A stretch of 63,396 nucleotides of DNA, counting the filler, from Octopus bimaculoides (taxonomy: Eukaryota): NCBI RefSeq assembly GCF_001194135.2. It is 4 parts of 4 records of this genome, joined end to end, with 100 filler letters (N's around TTAATTAATTAA, not from the genome) between each part and the next. Parts side by side here need not be neighbours in the genome. Positions count along the whole stretch, not along the records: positions 57,726 to 62,208 come from NC_068996.1; positions 62,309 to 63,396 come from NW_026339373.1; 2 more parts are not named here. The stretch is one strand, 5' to 3'. Under the pieces are notes generated by a model that saw only the letters and a list, made by a program, of their open reading frames with translations, was not told the DNA's origin and did no database searches. The translations under genes and the position numbers were made by a program. Of this stretch, positions 59,520 through 63,396 are shown in pieces; position 1 is the first letter of the stretch; the number at the start of each line of letters is the position of its first letter.

Positions 59520-60360
59520 AGACCAGATTTCCACAGAGTACAAGGAAGAGTAAACTAAGGGGAGAAGGTATGGTGTTACAGGTCTGAAACTGTTTATGGG
59601 AGCTCTGAATTCCATAGTGATGTTGACAGATATATTTCGCAGAAAAGTCAGTGGTGGATGCATATAAACATTATAGAAAATCCAACTTTCATCTTCAGAG
59701 TGGAGAGAGTGATATCTAACATTTCAAATAATGCAGAAAAATTTAAAGGTAGAATGAGTGAAGAGGAAGGTCTATAGAAGTAAGAGGAGAGAGAAAGTAG
59801 ACGGCTCAAGGGAGAAATGTTGAAGCAGAAGAGGGCAAGAAGAGGTAGGAGACTCAGAGCTGGGAGAGGAAGGGAGTCACCAGGGTATTAAGAGTAGTAG
59901 ACTGTGGTGTGTAGAGAGATGATTGGGAAGGAGTGGGTTGGGTAACATTGTGAAGGGTGCTCATTGTTGTTGGGCTTAACAACAGATATTATTAGTTAGG
60001 GATGGTTGGGGCTATAAACCTGAGAAAGGTAGATTGGTTTAATGAGAGAAGGGAGAGATGAGTATTAAAATGAAGAAAAAGGAGTTATAGATGTTGGTAG
60101 GGTAGCGAAGGGGGAATTCAAAGAATAACAATGGGGTTGGCAGCGGAGGGAGAGTACCGAAGTAAGTAGAAAGGTATGGGAGTAATTAGAAAGAGGTGGA
60201 CGGAGAGGGAGAAAGGGAAGGATAAGCTGGTAGCAAAGGCAACGGGTAGTTAATGCGAAGTGGTTCTGGTTGAAGAAGCTGCAAGGAGGAGAAGGGGAAG
60301 GAATTTGTAAGTATGAGGTTGAGGTGACAGTAGAGGAGGTTGTTCCTCATCTGTCAAGAT
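59520..60360 (-). mobile_element. Possible PLE 5' ORF remnant (purine-rich on +)
   Basis: Strong strand asymmetry; NHFALTTRCLCYQLILP loosely resembles PLE N-termini. Confidence 0.3.
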
Positions 60361-60575
60361 TACTACTTAATTCCAAACATCCAGAAACAGCTGAAATACC
60401 ATACCAATTGAAATAAATGTAAGACATTGGTACTTAGGTCGAAGATATTAGGATACGTTCACACTGAAGAGTATTACAGAATAAAATAATCATGACGCCA
60501 TGTTATTAAAATAAGCTAGTAAAACAAAGTATTATATGCATGTATGCATGCATGTGTATGCATGTATGTGTGAGC

Positions 60576-60636
<61 letters not shown>

Positions 60637-60749
60637 CGTGTGTGTGTTGTATTCCTAGACCGGCGTATCTGCCTTAACGTAAATATATGATTGAACAGAT
60701 TACATGGATAAAATAAGTAATATACTGAAATAAGTTATGTAGATTATAT

Positions 60750-61300
60750 GATCGACTAAAATCTGCGAGGTGTGAAAGAGTCTTACATTAAATGATTTTG
60801 ATGACCTTTCCGCTCCTAATTATATTGATTTATTTTTCCTTGTAAGAATCTTATTTAGAGAGCCTCTTTTTTTTTCGCTGTCTAGCACCTCTGTAAAGCA
60901 ACGCCTGATCTCAAACAAAATCTTTCTCTCGAAATCAACTTCTGATATTAGTTTGCTATGCGAAAAACCAAATAGAGATTTTTTTCTTATCAATAGCTCA
61001 TGTTTTGAGACACGTCTAAGGAATCAAAGCTTTTATGCATAACCATGGCACCAATACCTTCGCATAAATTTCCCATGTGTTTAAGCCGTGGCTTCAGTTC
61101 AAGACCGTCAAGAATAAGTCAGGTATACTAAATGACTCAGGGTCTACATGAGCTCTCTTTCTCCTAAATAGTTAATGCTCAATAACTGCTATCACCCATC
61201 AGTATTTCTCTACCCAATAAGATTAACCTTCAAAATAGCACCGTCTTCTCTGTTATGACTGCATACCTAATACTGGCAAAAATTGTTTATTGAATAAATA
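60750..61300 (-). mobile_element. Possible RLE LINE remnant
   Basis: Stop-ridden coding-like sequence; weak resemblance only. Confidence 0.25.
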
Positions 61301-61641
61301 ATCTCCTCAGATTATGAAATATAGACATTTCTCTAAAATGGAAAAAAACAGTAGCAATCAAATGAAACATTGAAAATATCCAACTCATATATACACGTAG
61401 AATAACATCGGAAGTGTAATTGCAACTAATTGAATATTATTTGATGTATTTGTTTCATTGAAAACATTTGGTAAATTTCCAACACTGTACGAAAGAGATG
61501 TAATGAAAGTGTTTCTGCTCCTGGAAAATTGAGAGGGATTTTAGCGAAAACTTACATATGTACAAATGAAAATATTCAATATTCCATATAATTTCTTTCT
61601 ATTAATTTGCCATCATTTTAGGGAAATATATCAGGAGACGA

Positions 61642-61735
<94 letters not shown>

Positions 61736-61907
61736 TGGTACAACAAGGCACCAATGTTTACTGGAAATAGCAGTCGATAAATTTATGACGCTATAGTAAA
61801 GTTTCACTATGTATAAACCGACAAAGACGTGTGACGGCAGCAAGCATAAAAAATTTCGTCTTACCTCAAGGAAGAACATTAGATAAATGGACAACCCAGA
61901 ATTGGAT

Positions 61908-61953
61908 AATCTAGAACCTAGGTTTCGTTTGATTAATCTTCTTCAACTAGATT
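61908..61953 (-). ncRNA. Hammerhead-like motif with C3U change
   Basis: AATCTAG-TTGAAGA-a-GATT(aatc)AAAC-GAAAC-CTAG-GTT-CTAGATT; 7 bp stem I, palindromic ACCTAGGT. Confidence 0.5.
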
Positions 61954-62081
61954 TGCCTGGACAGTAAGTCTAAACATTTACCTTATTGGTAATGTCAATG
62001 TGCTTGGTTTGCAAGAATTGGCTATTGGGGGAGAAGCGTGGATTACAGTGATGACACTAAAGTCTAAGAAATCGGTTCGTT

Positions 62082-62112
<31 letters not shown>

Positions 62113-63396
62113 TAGTTTTAGGGAAAATAACCAAGTTTCAAGAACTCATCGATGAAAATCCACTATCACATATAGAAAAATTAATAATTAAAAGCACAAT
62201 AAATGAGTNNNNNNNNNNNNNNNNNNNNNNNNNNNNNNNNNNNNNNNNNNNNTTAATTAATTAANNNNNNNNNNNNNNNNNNNNNNNNNNNNNNNNNNNN
62301 NNNNNNNNTATATATATATACATATATATATAGAGAGAGAGAGAGAGACAGAGAGAGATGTATGTATATATGTACATGTATATATATATATATATAAATA
62401 TATATATATAGAGAGAGAGAGAGACGGGGAGAGAGAGGGAGAGAGAGAGGGAGAGAGAGAGAAGATGAGAGGAGACAGCGAGGGTTGAAGTTAGACAGAC
62501 AGATAGATAGATACATAAAAATGAGTGGAGACATATGCGGTTGGTATAATAGAAAGTATGGCAAGTTTGGAATTCATTTCAGGGGAGATTTTGATACTGC
62601 ATAATCTTACTATGTAATTGTAATAAATTGTTTTCCTCACTTGCTGTTGGTAACACCAAATACCAGAACATGTGGTCTTACGTCCTACTCTGAACTGCAT
62701 GCGTAATTCTAATTATAATTAATTGACATTATAGAGTTGTGTCCTCAACCTGACCTGATTCAGGTTGAACGATTGGGTTAATGTAATCCTCTTCTCACTG
62801 AAGAAATAGATTTGTTCAATTACATTTGCTTTGCTGAATGATTTGAGTTTGTTAGTATTAACTAATTATTTTCCATGCGAGTTACCTGCTCAGATAATTT
62901 GCCTGTCATTGCATGCTTAATTATATGTGCAAACTAGTGGGTTGTAATGCGAGTGTTTGTTTGGTGATGTCATTCATATATATTTTAAATTACATACCTT
63001 GTAAAAACGAATGACACAATGTATGTTGCGTAACGTATTCCAGCATTTCAACAACTGAAAATATGATATGCATCAGTACAATGTCTTAATATCGCTGATC
63101 TTCTGTCTGTCACATGATATATTTCAATATGGATAACGATGCTTACGAATGATTATACTCGAAGAAAAACAGCTCCATAATAAAAAAGATGTGGGGGGGG
63201 GGGCACCACTCTCTTTTACTTTTACCTCCAATGTGTTAAACAGATATCATGGACGTAATCTCTCAATAAACAATACACATGGTGAATACGTCATTACAGT
63301 GTAAATTTGATTGTCAAACTCTCTCTATTCTTGTAGTCTTCGTGTATGTATGTATGTATATATATATAGATATATGGATGGCTAGATGGATATATA

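Noticed and set aside
61887-61970. Possible plus-strand first exon MDNPELDNLEPR...|gtaagt
   Set aside because: No downstream exons found; the region is better explained by the antisense hammerhead-like motif.

Overview
AT-rich, microsatellite-dense, gapped eukaryotic DNA. The SINE, LINE and simple-repeat content looks like an Octopus genome (inference from recognised repeat families, not a database hit). One protein-coding gene is supported: a MOXD1/DBH-like copper type II monooxygenase on the minus strand. I assembled 12 exons by hand (28262 down to 417). All junctions are GT-AG and phase-compatible, giving 559 stop-free codons, and the gene continues past the left edge. It has a signal peptide, a DOMON domain and all six Cu ligands. 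Upstream are a TATA/Inr-like core promoter and a uORF whose stop overlaps the main ATG (TAATG). The rest is transposon debris: CR1, RTE, R4/Dong-like and HERO-like RLE LINEs, Tx1, Penelope-like elements (PLE), Tc1/mariner, Chapaev3, a Helitron, a HINE-like element and four SINE families. The most unusual signal is a set of minimal type-I hammerhead ribozyme (HHR) motifs from several repeat families. One is intact (54678-54723) and lies in a short tRNA-headed non-coding element (Pol III SINE/retrozyme-like) that forms palindromes. Coordinates for decayed repeats are approximate. No database search or folding program was run.
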